Positions 41,505-51,094 of a stretch of DNA of 64,000 bases are shown in pieces. The DNA comes from [Chlorobium] sp. 445 (GTDB lineage Bacteria > Bacteroidota > Chlorobiia > Chlorobiales > Thermochlorobacteraceae): contig NSLH01000007.1 in the NCBI GenBank assembly GCA_002763895.1, positions 41,169-105,168 on the forward strand, given 5' to 3'. Under the pieces are notes generated by a model. That model ran no database searches. It was not told where the DNA came from and was given only the letters and a program-made list of their open reading frames with translations. A program made the translations under genes and the position numbers. The stretch's first letter is position 1, and each line of letters opens with the position of its first letter.

Positions 41505-42413
41505 ATGTCATCACTTATTGTTCTTGGGATTATTTTACTCATTGTGGGATTTGTTGCGGCAGGCACAAATCCAAATTTTCAACGTTTCTCTACCTTATTT
41601 CGGCTTGGCGGTATAGGTGTTATCGCTATCGGGATTTTGTCAAAGTGTATTGTGCAGATTGAGGGTGGTACAGTTGGTGTAAAACGTCTTTTCGGTGAGA
41701 TTCAACCCGATGTACTCACCGAAGGGCTACGTTTTATCAATCCGCTGGTAGAGGTCGTGCGCTTCGACATCAAAACACAAAACTACACGATGTCGGGTGC
41801 TAACGATGAGGCTGGGCGGACAACTGACGATGCAATGCGCGTGCTGAGTGCTGATGGGTTGGAAGTTGTGCTCGATGTTACGGTGCTGTATCGCGTGGTT
41901 GCCAGCGAAGCCCCGCGTTTGCTGCGCGAAGTTGGCGTGGATTATCGAGAAAAAATTGTGCGCCCGATTATTCGTACAGCCATGCGCGATAACGCGGTCT
42001 ACTACAATGCGGTCGACCTTTACTCCTCAAAGCGGGATGAATTTCAAATTCGCATTGTAGAGAAAATTCGCAAAGATTTTGAATCGCGCGGGCTTTTTTT
42101 GGAGCAAGTTTTGGTGCGCAACATTGCCTTGCCGCCTTCTGTGAAAGCGGCTATTGAAGCAAAAATCAATGCTGAGCAAGAAGCGCAAAAGATGCAGTTC
42201 ATTTTGCTCAAAGAGCAGCAAGAAGCCGAACGCAAGCGTGTCGAGGCACAGGGTATTTCAGACTATCAGAAAATCATCAACAGCACGCTGACCGATAAGC
42301 AATTGCAATACGAGCAAATCAAAGCCATGCAAGAGCTGGTCAAATCACCCAACTCCAAGGTGATTTTTATGGGCAAAGGCGCAGGCGCTTCTGTCTTGAT
42401 TGGTGATAAATAA
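41505..42413 (+). CDS. SPFH/band-7 (prohibitin/HflC-like) domain protein
   Basis: 302 aa with an N-terminal TM. SPFH core (…IVQIEGGTVGVKRLFGEIQPDVLTEGLRFINPLVEVVRFDIKTQ…) and a C-terminal coiled coil (…EAKINAEQEAQKMQFILLKEQQEAERKRVEAQG…). Confidence 0.75.
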   Translation: MSSLIVLGIILLIVGFVAAGTNPNFQRFSTLFRLGGIGVIAIGILSKCIVQIEGGTVGVKRLFGEIQPDVLTEGLRFINPLVEVVRFDIKTQNYTMSGANDEAGRTTDDAMRVLSADGLEVVLDVTVLYRVVASEAPRLLREVGVDYREKIVRPIIRTAMRDNAVYYNAVDLYSSKRDEFQIRIVEKIRKDFESRGLFLEQVLVRNIALPPSVKAAIEAKINAEQEAQKMQFILLKEQQEAERKRVEAQGISDYQKIINSTLTDKQLQYEQIKAMQELVKSPNSKVIFMGKGAGASVLIGDK

Positions 42414-42581
42414 AATCTTTCTGAGATTCTCTGAAAAAATACGCACTATGAAACTGCACTTAGGCTGCGCTACGCATGTCTTCGAGGTGTGGATTAACAT
42501 AGCTTACAGTTTAGGCGCTAGGCTTGCTAAGTCTCCTCCTCTACGCTCACTCCTACTTCATCACGCATCTTTTCCGACACT

Positions 42582-43664
42582 GTGAAAATCCTTGATCGAT
42601 ACATTCTTGTGCAGTATGCGCAAGCCTTTCTTTTTGGTACGCTTGCTTTCATTGCGCTGTTTATCTTAATTGATGTTATTGAGAAAATTGACTACTACAT
42701 TGATCGCAAAGCCACTTTTCTTGCCGTTGCTGGATACTATCTTTACCTTCTGCCTGAAAACATCAAACTGACTGCGCCTATTAGTGCACTGCTTGCTGCG
42801 CTTTTTGTTACAGGCAATCTCTCCAAACAAACGGAACTAACTGCCATGAAAGCCGGCGGGATTAGTCTTTACCGCATTCTGATGCCTTTCTTTGCAGTTG
42901 CTGCGGTCATTACGCTCGTAGACTTCTTTTTTTCGGGCTGGCTTGTGCCCAGTACAACGCGCGAAAAGCAAAAGTTTGAATCGGTGCAACTTGGCAAAAC
43001 TTTTTGGACGGGCGGCAGTCGCAGCAACTTCAATGTTCTTGACCAACCCCATCGCTTGGTTACCATTGGGTATTTTGATGATGTACAGAATATCTGCTAC
43101 AATGTCAGTGTGCAGGAATTTGAGGGTTCATCAATGCAGTGGCGCATTGATGCTAAGCAGATGATATTTGACACCACGCGCAACCGCTGGGTTTTGCAAG
43201 AAGCCATTTGTCGTCGTTTCACGCTTTCGCCTGAAGAATACAGTTTTGTGGCTGCTGTCGACTCATTCAGTTTTTCATTTACGTTACGTGATTTGCAAGA
43301 AAACACTTCCGCACTTGATCTGCTGACACTTCCAGACCACCGTGCCTTTATTGAGAAGCGTAAAAGAGGTGGTTTTGAAGCACTTGACGAGGCACTGGTG
43401 AAATATCACAGCAAAATTGCCTTTCCAGTAGCGTGCATGATTGTCGTACTGATTGGTGTGCCTCTCTCTGCAGCCAAAAAGCGCAGCGGTCTTGCACTTG
43501 AAGCAGGCATTAGCATTCTCGTGGGCTTTATCTATCTTGGCTTGCAACAAACGTTTGCTACCTTGGGCTATAAAGGTGAAATTCCGCCTTGGTTAGCAGC
43601 GTGGTTTCCCAACCTTCTCTTTTTTGCTGTTGGACTGGTGATGCTATGGCGCGCACAAAAGTAA
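42582..43664 (+). CDS. LptF/LptG-family LPS export permease (YjgP/YjgQ)
   Basis: 360 aa. N-terminal MKILDRYILVQYAQAFLFGTLAFIALFILIDVIEK is the family signature. 6 TM with a periplasmic beta-jellyroll insert. Confidence 0.8.
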   Translation: MKILDRYILVQYAQAFLFGTLAFIALFILIDVIEKIDYYIDRKATFLAVAGYYLYLLPENIKLTAPISALLAALFVTGNLSKQTELTAMKAGGISLYRILMPFFAVAAVITLVDFFFSGWLVPSTTREKQKFESVQLGKTFWTGGSRSNFNVLDQPHRLVTIGYFDDVQNICYNVSVQEFEGSSMQWRIDAKQMIFDTTRNRWVLQEAICRRFTLSPEEYSFVAAVDSFSFSFTLRDLQENTSALDLLTLPDHRAFIEKRKRGGFEALDEALVKYHSKIAFPVACMIVVLIGVPLSAAKKRSGLALEAGISILVGFIYLGLQQTFATLGYKGEIPPWLAAWFPNLLFFAVGLVMLWRAQK

Positions 43665-44026
43665 ATCGTTACAATCAAGTTCTAGGTCGCGCCGGCGAGG
43701 ATTACGCAGTTGAATTTCTTGCGGAGCGTGGCTTTGAGATTCTTGCGCGAAACTATCGCTGTGGCAGAAATGAAATTGATTTGATTGCCAAGCGTGGGAA
43801 TATCATCTCATTTGTTGAAGTCAAGACTCGACGCACTGCTGCGTTTGGTCATCCCACTGCAGCCATCACAACGTCTAAGCAGCGTGAAATCGCTAAAGCG
43901 GCAGAGTGTTATATCCACGCCGCGCATCATCCTGATGCCTTGTATCGTTTTGATGTTGTTGCTATTTCTTTTGCTAACGGTATCCCCATGATTGAATTTA
44001 TTGAAGATGCCTTCAGAATCTTTTAG
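43646..44026 (+). CDS. yraN: YraN/UPF0102-family putative endonuclease
   Basis: From Met 43646: MARTKVNRYNQVLGRAGEDYAVEFLAERGFEILARNYRCGRNEIDLIAKRGNIISFVEVKTR… matches UPF0102 (PD-(D/E)xK-like). Overlaps the lptF/G stop by 19 nt. Confidence 0.8.
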   Translation: MARTKVNRYNQVLGRAGEDYAVEFLAERGFEILARNYRCGRNEIDLIAKRGNIISFVEVKTRRTAAFGHPTAAITTSKQREIAKAAECYIHAAHHPDALYRFDVVAISFANGIPMIEFIEDAFRIF

Positions 44027-44077
44027 CACCATAGATTTTAGAGCCATTTATTTTTCCAATTTGCTCACTTTAATTCC

Positions 44078-45141
44078 ATGAAAGCACTTATTACATCAGG
44101 TGGACACGGCACGCGCTTGCGTCCTATCACACACACACAAAACAAACATCTTATTCCTATTGCTAACAAGCCGATGCTGTACTATGCTATTGAAGCCGTT
44201 GCTGCAGCGGGCATTAAGGAAGTGGGAATTGTCACCAATGCTAAAAATAAAGATGTCGAGCAAGCGATTGGCTCTGGCAAAAGCTTCGGGGTAAAGATTA
44301 CCTACATTCCGCAAGAAGCGCCGTTAGGGCTTGCACATGTGGTTAAAATCTCACAGGATTTTATCAAAGATGAGCCATTTATTTTTATTTGGGTGATAAT
44401 ATGCTAGTCGGCGGCGTTCAGCGCTTCATTGAGGAGTTTCAATCGCAGCGCTCGAATTGTCATTTGACCCTTGCGAAAGTTAAGGACCCTGAGCGTTTTG
44501 GGGTGCCTGAACTAAAAGATAATCGCATTGTCTCCATTGAAGAAAAGCCGCAGAAGCCGAAGTCGAACTATGCCGTGGCAGGCATTTATCTTTATGATTC
44601 CTGCATTTTTGAAGCGGTTAATGCAATTCAACCCAGTGCACGTGGTGAGCTTGAAATTTCTGATGCGCATCAATATCTGATTGAAAAGCAGTATCGTGTC
44701 ACTTACTCGGAAATTACAGGCTGGTGGAAAGATACAGGCAAGCCGTTTGATTTGCTTGAAGCAAACCGTCTGGTGTTAGAAAATCAGGAGTCCGCGATTG
44801 AAGGCGATGTTGATGATGACTCCAGCGTTACAGGGAAAGTCGTGATTGGCAAGGGAACAAAAGTCCAGAACAGTGTGCTGCGCGGACCGTGCATCATCGG
44901 TAAGAACTGCCTCATCAAGGACAGTTATATTGGACCTTTTACTTCTATTTATGACGACTGCATCATCAAGAAGTCTGAGATTGAGTTCAGCATCGTGCTG
45001 CGCAACTGCCGCATTGAAGATGTTGGCATTCGCATCGAAGAAAGTCTCTTAGGCAATGATGTGCAAATTGTCAGTGCAACCAAGAAACCTAAGACAAATC
45101 GGTTTATGCTCGGCGATCAATCGCGTGTAGAGGTTGTTTAG
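44078..45141 (+). pseudogene. Glucose-1-phosphate thymidylyl/nucleotidyltransferase (long RmlA-like form with C-terminal LbH domain), split by a 1-nt deletion in a T run at ~44388-44390
   Basis: N-terminal ORF: MKALITSGGHGTRLRPITHTQNKHLIPIANKPMLYYAIE… ends …DEPFIFIWVIIC*. Adding one T restores …DEPFIFILGDNMLVGG…, continuous with the second ORF (left-handed beta-helix C-terminus). Confidence 0.7.
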
Positions 45142-45143
45142 TA

Positions 45144-46043
45144 CTATTTTGGCGCTGTTGCCGCCATATCGTCTTGAATGTCGCGTTGTAGTTCGTTGCC
45201 AAGTCGCCAAATCAGGCTATGGATTTTGCCGGGCAAGACCGTTTGCGAGGCTCCCACAAGATAGAGTTTATTGCCCAGTGAGCGAATTGCAAGCACGCCG
45301 TTTTCGAACTCTTTGGTTACGGTCAGCAATGCGTTGAACTGCGCTGCATAGCCTTGCTCCTTAACCCAGAAAATTTCATCGGCGATGATGTCGGTTATGC
45401 GGTTCAAATCACATTTTTTCGTGGTTGCTACTTGTAGAATTGTGCCTTGTTCGGTCATAATGAGTGCATGATCCAAGCCATCGGATTCAATCATAGACCA
45501 CAGTGTTTCTTTGTAGCGTGTAAATTTGCTGCGAAAGTCCTCTGGCAGTGTTTCAGGCTCAGCGACACGCTTAGGCAATCCCTCCTTCACTGCTTTTTTT
45601 CGCTCAATGACTTGCAGTTCAGCAGCACTGACTGGCGTCTCTGCAGACTTTGTGAGCAGTTCTGGGCGTTCTGTAACCAAAGTCTGCAACATTGGACGAA
45701 TCGCTGTCAGAATGCCTGAAATGCGATTGACGGCACATGCAGGATTGATGCGTACGCACATCGAAATGGTACAATAGCCCAGCGGCTCTTGGCAGCGTGC
45801 TCGTTGTTGATACTTGCTTGTAGGCTCTAGCACCGCAAGAATATCAGCGCGGCTACGTTTTGTAGGTGCCTGTTGCGATTCCGTGATAAGAAAATCCCAA
45901 AAAAATTCTTGCAAATGTTTGAGTTCTTTTGCGCTGAGTTTTTGTAGAATCGCATTATAGACTTGTTCATCAGCGACAGCTGCAAGCAATTTTTGCTTGA
46001 CGGCATTGAGGGCATCGAGTTGAGCAGTCGTGAATTGGCTCAT
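45144..46043 (-). CDS. Hypothetical protein with C-terminal Roadblock/LC7 (MglB-like) domain
   Basis: 299 aa. C-terminal ~110 aa (…ALIMTEQGTILQVATTK…GYAAQFNALLTVTKEFENGVLAIRSLGNKLYLVGASQ…) has the Roadblock/LC7 alpha-beta pattern. N-terminal 180 aa has no match I recognise. Confidence 0.4.
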   Translation of the reverse strand: MSQFTTAQLDALNAVKQKLLAAVADEQVYNAILQKLSAKELKHLQEFFWDFLITESQQAPTKRSRADILAVLEPTSKYQQRARCQEPLGYCTISMCVRINPACAVNRISGILTAIRPMLQTLVTERPELLTKSAETPVSAAELQVIERKKAVKEGLPKRVAEPETLPEDFRSKFTRYKETLWSMIESDGLDHALIMTEQGTILQVATTKKCDLNRITDIIADEIFWVKEQGYAAQFNALLTVTKEFENGVLAIRSLGNKLYLVGASQTVLPGKIHSLIWRLGNELQRDIQDDMAATAPK

Positions 46044-46084
46044 ATAAAGGTCGCAATCGAATGAACGGTTTTGAACGAATACAC

Positions 46085-46771
46085 TTATGAAAATAGCCGT
46101 TGAAGATAGCGTTGCAGGCGCTCCAGCGCGAGTGCACGATGGCTTACTTTGTTTTTTTCATCCATGCTTAGCTCTGCAAAGGTCTTTGACAGAGTTTGCA
46201 CTTCAAAGATGGGGTCGTAGCCAAATCCTGCTTCACCGCGTGGTGCCGTAGCAATGATACCTTGCACTTCGCCTTCAAAGGTAGATTCAAAATAGGGCGA
46301 GTCAGTATGATTTGCAAGATGAAATGCGCCCACCAGCGCTATCACCGTGCGAAACTTTGCCTCACGGTGTGTTACGCCTTTGAGCTCGCGCAAGAGTTTC
46401 GCCACGTTTTCCGAGTAGCTTGGCTTACGCCCCAGTTCCCTTTCAGCGTAGCGTGCTGAATGAACACCCGGCGCACCGCCTAACGCCATCACTTCTAATC
46501 CTGTGTCATCGGACAGCGCAAGCACATTAGACAGTCCCTGCGCCGTTAATGCCGCATAAATTTCTCTAGCTTTTTTGAGTGCATTGCCTTCCAATGTGGA
46601 TTGTGTTTCTTCCACTTCAGGCAGACGCAACCCCATGGCTTCAAGTTCATCTACACTTTTGATGCGCAGCACAGTCGTAAGGTCATGAAGTTTAAGTTTG
46701 ATTTCACGGGCTTTATCCATATTGCGCGTGGCAAGTGCAAGTATTACAGAGTCAGTATTGGATTTTATCAT
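46085..46771 (-). CDS. rdgB: Non-canonical purine NTP pyrophosphatase (RdgB/HAM1 family)
   Basis: From Met 46771: MIKSNTDSVILALATRNMDKAREIK… C-terminal blocks …EAGFGYDPIFEVQ…LSKTFAELSMDEKNKVSHRALA… are the Ham1 signature. Confidence 0.8.
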   Translation of the reverse strand: MIKSNTDSVILALATRNMDKAREIKLKLHDLTTVLRIKSVDELEAMGLRLPEVEETQSTLEGNALKKAREIYAALTAQGLSNVLALSDDTGLEVMALGGAPGVHSARYAERELGRKPSYSENVAKLLRELKGVTHREAKFRTVIALVGAFHLANHTDSPYFESTFEGEVQGIIATAPRGEAGFGYDPIFEVQTLSKTFAELSMDEKNKVSHRALALERLQRYLQRLFS

Positions 46772-47219
46772 CTTTTTCTTTCCAGAGTTTGAATGCCTCG
46801 AGGGCTTCGCTGCGCAATATTTGTTCAATGTGCACAGCACGCTGCGCGTGTGGCAAGGTGATTTCACGGTAAAGAAAGGCATCATCGAAGCCGATAGCGG
46901 CGGCATCATCACGCGTATTGGCGTAGTAAATTTTGCGCAAGCGTGCCCAGTAAATGGCAGCAAGGCACATTGGACAAGGCTCGCATGTTGTGTAAATCTC
47001 GCAATCTGTTAGGTGAAAGTGTCGAATGTGCTGGCAGGCTTGACGAATTGCGACAATTTCTGCATGCGCAGTTGGGTCGTTGGACGAAGTAACGAGATTT
47101 GTGCCACGCCCAATTATTTTTCCATCTTTGACAATCACAGCGGCAAACGGTCCACCTCTGCCTGCATGTACATTTTCGAGTGAGAGGGCAATGGCTTCTT
47201 GCATAAACTCAAGGTTCAT
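46752..47219 (-). CDS. CDA-fold nucleoside/nucleotide deaminase (TadA/guanine-deaminase-like)
   Basis: 155 aa with the zinc-binding H-A-E (…PTAHAEIVAIRQA…) and C-E-P-C-x-M-C motifs. Overlaps the rdgB start by 20 nt. Confidence 0.75.
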   Translation of the reverse strand: MNLEFMQEAIALSLENVHAGRGGPFAAVIVKDGKIIGRGTNLVTSSNDPTAHAEIVAIRQACQHIRHFHLTDCEIYTTCEPCPMCLAAIYWARLRKIYYANTRDDAAAIGFDDAFLYREITLPHAQRAVHIEQILRSEALEAFKLWKEKDDKIQY

Positions 47220-47268
47220 TTCTGCTGCATTTAATTTTGGGTTTCACGCCAGCTCTCCAGCCCATCTC

Positions 47269-48000
47269 TTACGACGTTGCACTTCGAATCAAGTTCAACA
47301 TCTCTCGCACAGCTTCTGTCATGCCCACCAGTGCTGCACGTGCAATGATAGCATGTCCAATACTCACTTCTTCAATCACATCGGCAAGTGAAGCAAAGGC
47401 TGTAATGTTTCGGTAATTCAATCCGTGTCCAGCGACCACACGTAAGCCGAGACTTCGAGCTTGTTCTGCTGCCTTTCGCAAGCGTGAGAGTTCTTGGCAG
47501 ATTTCGCGCTCATCTTTCAAGCATGAAAATTTTCCTGTGTGAAGTTCAACAAACGTTGCACCCAGTTTCGCCGAGAGTTCAACATCTTCTGGTTCAATGA
47601 ACAGTGAAGTTGGAATTTGATGCGACGCCAGTTCTTCAATGAATGGCGCTAAGGCTGAAAAATGGCGTTTGACATCCAAGCCTCCTTCTGTGGTTAGCTC
47701 TTCGCGCTTTTCAGGGACCAGCGTTACCAGCTCAGGCTTTATCTCAATGGCAATGCGTTTCATTTCTTCTGTTGCTGCCATCTCAAGGTCGAGCTTTGTT
47801 TTGATGGTTTCACGCAGTCGCCGCAGATCGTGGTCTTGAATGTGTCGGCGATCTTCACGCAAGTGACAGACAATACCTGATGCGCCTGCAAGTTCTGCCA
47901 ATACGGCAGCGTGCACTGGATCAGGCTCACTTTCACGGCGCGCATTACGCAGCGTCGCAATATGATCGACATTGACAGCCAAACGCATAGGAAGAGACAT
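47269..48000 (-). CDS. pdxJ: Pyridoxine 5'-phosphate synthase
   Basis: From Met 48000: [32 protein letters not shown]…[17 protein letters not shown]… matches PdxJ along its full length, with TIM-barrel length ~243 aa. Confidence 0.85.
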   Translation of the reverse strand: MSLPMRLAVNVDHIATLRNARRESEPDPVHAAVLAELAGASGIVCHLREDRRHIQDHDLRRLRETIKTKLDLEMAATEEMKRIAIEIKPELVTLVPEKREELTTEGGLDVKRHFSALAPFIEELASHQIPTSLFIEPEDVELSAKLGATFVELHTGKFSCLKDEREICQELSRLRKAAEQARSLGLRVVAGHGLNYRNITAFASLADVIEEVSIGHAIIARAALVGMTEAVREMLNLIRSATS

Positions 48001-48031
48001 TAAGTTGGGATAAAAAGAGGCATTTCGGCTC

Positions 48032-48637
48032 TCATCTTTGCGAAGTATCGGCAAGATTGCGTTGCAGAGATTTCATCATATCGCATTGAATCAATGTGCT
48101 TGTGCCGCTGAGTACTTTGGGTATTTCCTCATAGAGTTCGGGGGTTGTTGCAATGAGCGAGCGGATGGCGTTGAGCACGCGCTCAGCCTTGATTTTGTCT
48201 TCACCCGTAAGTGTGTGTTGCGGCAAAGTTGAGACATCTTCTAACTGTTTTTGCACAAGATGGTAGAGCGCTGGAATCTCGAGGCTATTGTTGACGATAG
48301 CGCCGAGCAATTTTTCCATTTTTGAGAGTCTCGACAGTTCTGCGTCGTGTGCGGTCAGTTCATCGAGTCTTTGAAAGGCATCAGAGTAGAGTGCAGAAAG
48401 ATAAGGACGCGATTCACGCAGTGCCGTCAGCAGCAGCGGCACGTCATTAAGATTGAGCGGCTCGAAGCAGAACGTGTTGTCGGTGTAGAGTATCAGTTTA
48501 ACGCCGTTAGAGGGCAGCGTGAAAGTGGCTTGTGGTGTTTTGCTTCTTGCAAGGTCTGCATCGGTCTCTAAGCCGGGAAAAGATTTTGCAAAGCGCGTTT
48601 TCGCTTCAGAGGCTTCCCACTTTTGTTCGCTGTACAT
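48032..48637 (-). CDS. Hypothetical protein (201 aa), co-directional with and 31 nt upstream of pdxJ
   Basis: ORF only. Predicted soluble, alpha-helical C-terminal half, no recognisable motif. Confidence 0.35.
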   Translation of the reverse strand: MYSEQKWEASEAKTRFAKSFPGLETDADLARSKTPQATFTLPSNGVKLILYTDNTFCFEPLNLNDVPLLLTALRESRPYLSALYSDAFQRLDELTAHDAELSRLSKMEKLLGAIVNNSLEIPALYHLVQKQLEDVSTLPQHTLTGEDKIKAERVLNAIRSLIATTPELYEEIPKVLSGTSTLIQCDMMKSLQRNLADTSQR

Positions 48638-48851
48638 TTGCTATTTGCTATTATCGTCAAAAAAATTAGATACGTAATTTACGCATACTTTGCAAGAAAC
48701 CAGACAAACGACAGTGCTAATTTCGAATCATGGTTGTCGCTGATGCGATTCGTCACATGTGCAAGGCACCTTTATCATCGGCTCAATGTCTTTGTGCCTT
48801 TATCAGTCTTTGTGCTTTCGCTGAAATTATGCGTTATTTGTCTCTACGATT

Positions 48852-49935
48852 TTGAAACCTGCAATGCAATCTCACGCTATGCTGTATCCAACTCAATTTC
48901 TTGCACTTTTACCTTTCGCTACGGTTACGCTCGATCTTACTCAACGCATCTTACTTGGCATCACACTGATTGCTACAATTATTTTGAGCGTGGTGCTTAC
49001 GGTCTGGTCGGAGCGTCGCATTGCCGCAGCGATTCAGCATCGCATTGGACCTAACCGTGTTGGTCCTTTTTGGACTTTTGCAACCTTTTGCCGATGTGAT
49101 GAAACTGCTCTTCAAAGAAGATGTCACGCCTGCTGCTGCAAATCGTTTCTATCATCTGCTTGCGCCCATGATTTCGCTCTTTGCCGCACTGACCACGATT
49201 GCAGTTGTGCCTTTTGCTAAAGGTGTTGCAATTGCAGATGTGAGTGTTGGCATTCTTTACATTCTTGCAATTACCTCCATCGGTGTCTATGGTTTGACGA
49301 TTGCAGGCTGGGCATCAAACAATAAGTATTCGCTCTTGGGTGGCTTGCGTTCCTCGGCGCAGATGATTAGTTATGAAATTGCCATGGGGCTTTCTGTTGT
49401 GAGCGTGGTTGTGCTGGCTAATTCACTGCGCATGACTGATATTGTCGAATCGCAAACTTCTAATCCGCTATATTGGAACTGCTTTCGAAATTTCATCGGG
49501 TTTATTTGTTTCACTATCGCCGCATTTGCGGAGTGCAACCGCTCGCCGTTCGATTTACCCGAAGCTGAACAAGAACTCGTCGGTGGCTACAATACCGAGT
49601 TTGGCTCAATGAAATTTGCCACCTTCTTTCTTGCCGAATATGCCAATATGATTGTCGCTTCTGCGGTCATTGCGACACTTTTTCTTGGTGGCTATCAAGT
49701 GCCTTTCATTGATGAGACCACAGGGCTACCGATTTGGCTATTTGTAACGCTGCAAGTTGGGGCGTTTGTAGTTAAAACTGTTTTTATGATTTTTGTCTTT
49801 ATTTGGGTACGCTGGACTGTGCCGCGCTTCAAATACAACCAACTTATGGATTTGGGCTGGCGTAAGCTTTTACCGCTCTCGCTCTTTAATCTACTTCTTA
49901 TCGCCGCTGGCGCTTTGATGTTTGGCAGTAAATAA
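48852..49935 (+). pseudogene. nuoH: NADH-quinone oxidoreductase subunit H (NuoH/ND1), split by a 1-nt insertion in the T5 run at 49067-49071
   Basis: ORF1 reads …SERRIAAAIQHRIGPNRVGPF and then goes out of frame. ORF2 continues …GLLQPFADVMKLLFKEDVTPAAAN… which is the conserved NuoH block (IGPNRVGPFGLLQPxAD). Removing one T joins them. Confidence 0.8.
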
Positions 49936-50004
49936 AATTGCAAATTGCTTGCGACTTTGTTTTCGCCTTGAACAGACTTTGCTAAATCAAGACCTGTTGT
50001 AACT

Positions 50005-51087
50005 ATGGCAACTTCATCAGACGCTACGCTCACCATGCGTCGCAAGCAGCGCCATGTTGAACTTTGCCTGAACGAAAATGTGGATTTTGTCAAACGCAAT
50101 GGCTTTGAGCGCTACGACTTTCGCCACAATGCTACGCCTGAGCTGAACCTTGCAGAGATTGACCTTAGCACCACCTTTCTTGGTAGGAAAGTCAGCTATC
50201 CGCTGATGATTTCCTCTATGACAGGCGGATACAATGGCGCTACGCAAGTTAATGCCGTGCTTGCTCAAGCCTGTGAGCACTTGAATATCCCACTCGGTGT
50301 GGGCAGCATGCGCCAAGCCTTGGAGTCTGAGGCACATCGTGAAAGTTTTGCTGTGGTGCGCAGGGTTGCGCCGAGCATTCCAATTTTTGCCAATATCGGC
50401 GCTCCTGAAGTTGCCAAAGGGCTCACCAAAGGCGAGCTAAAGTTACTACTTGAGCTTGTGCGCGCTGATGGACTTATCGTGCATCTGAATGCGGCACAAG
50501 AACTCTTTCAGCCTGAAGGCAATACGAACTTCAAAGGATTTCTGTCGCAACTGTGCAAACTCTGTAAGCATCTGCCTGTGCCCATCATTGCAAAGGAAGT
50601 CGGGAATGGTATCTCTGGTGAAGTCGCTGCTCGGTTGATTGAGGCAGGCGTCCAAGCTATTGATGTCGCAGGAGCTGGGGGTACGAATTGGCAAAAGGTT
50701 GAAGCCTTGCGCTACGCTGAGAAATTCACTCATGATGAGCGTTTTACAGAGAGTGGATTTGCAGAACTGATGAACTGGGGCATTCCCACAGCAGAGTGTT
50801 TGGAAGAGTTGCGTGCCTTACGACGCAGAAAAGACTATCGACACGCACAGGTGATTGCGTCAGGTGGCATTTCAAACGGCGTAGAAATCGCAAAAGCCCT
50901 TGCACTCGGTGCCGACCTTGCCGCATTAGCCAAGCCTTTTCTCAAAGCTGCCTTTGAGCCTGCCGGTGTAGAAGCCGTAAAAAAATTTGCCCTGCGCCTG
51001 ATGCACGACCTGCGCGCAACAATGTTTCTTTTGGGTACAAAAAGCATCAAATTGCTCAAACAAATCCCTTTGGAAAAGAAAGCGTAA
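50005..51087 (+). CDS. fni: Isopentenyl-diphosphate delta-isomerase, type 2 (FMN-dependent)
   Basis: 360 aa with RKxxHxxxC (RRKQRHVELC), …MISSMTGG…, …IIAKEVGNGIS… and …AGAGGTNWQKVE… blocks typical of IDI-2. Confidence 0.85.
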   Translation: MATSSDATLTMRRKQRHVELCLNENVDFVKRNGFERYDFRHNATPELNLAEIDLSTTFLGRKVSYPLMISSMTGGYNGATQVNAVLAQACEHLNIPLGVGSMRQALESEAHRESFAVVRRVAPSIPIFANIGAPEVAKGLTKGELKLLLELVRADGLIVHLNAAQELFQPEGNTNFKGFLSQLCKLCKHLPVPIIAKEVGNGISGEVAARLIEAGVQAIDVAGAGGTNWQKVEALRYAEKFTHDERFTESGFAELMNWGIPTAECLEELRALRRRKDYRHAQVIASGGISNGVEIAKALALGADLAALAKPFLKAAFEPAGVEAVKKFALRLMHDLRATMFLLGTKSIKLLKQIPLEKKA

Positions 51088-51094
51088 ATCGCAC

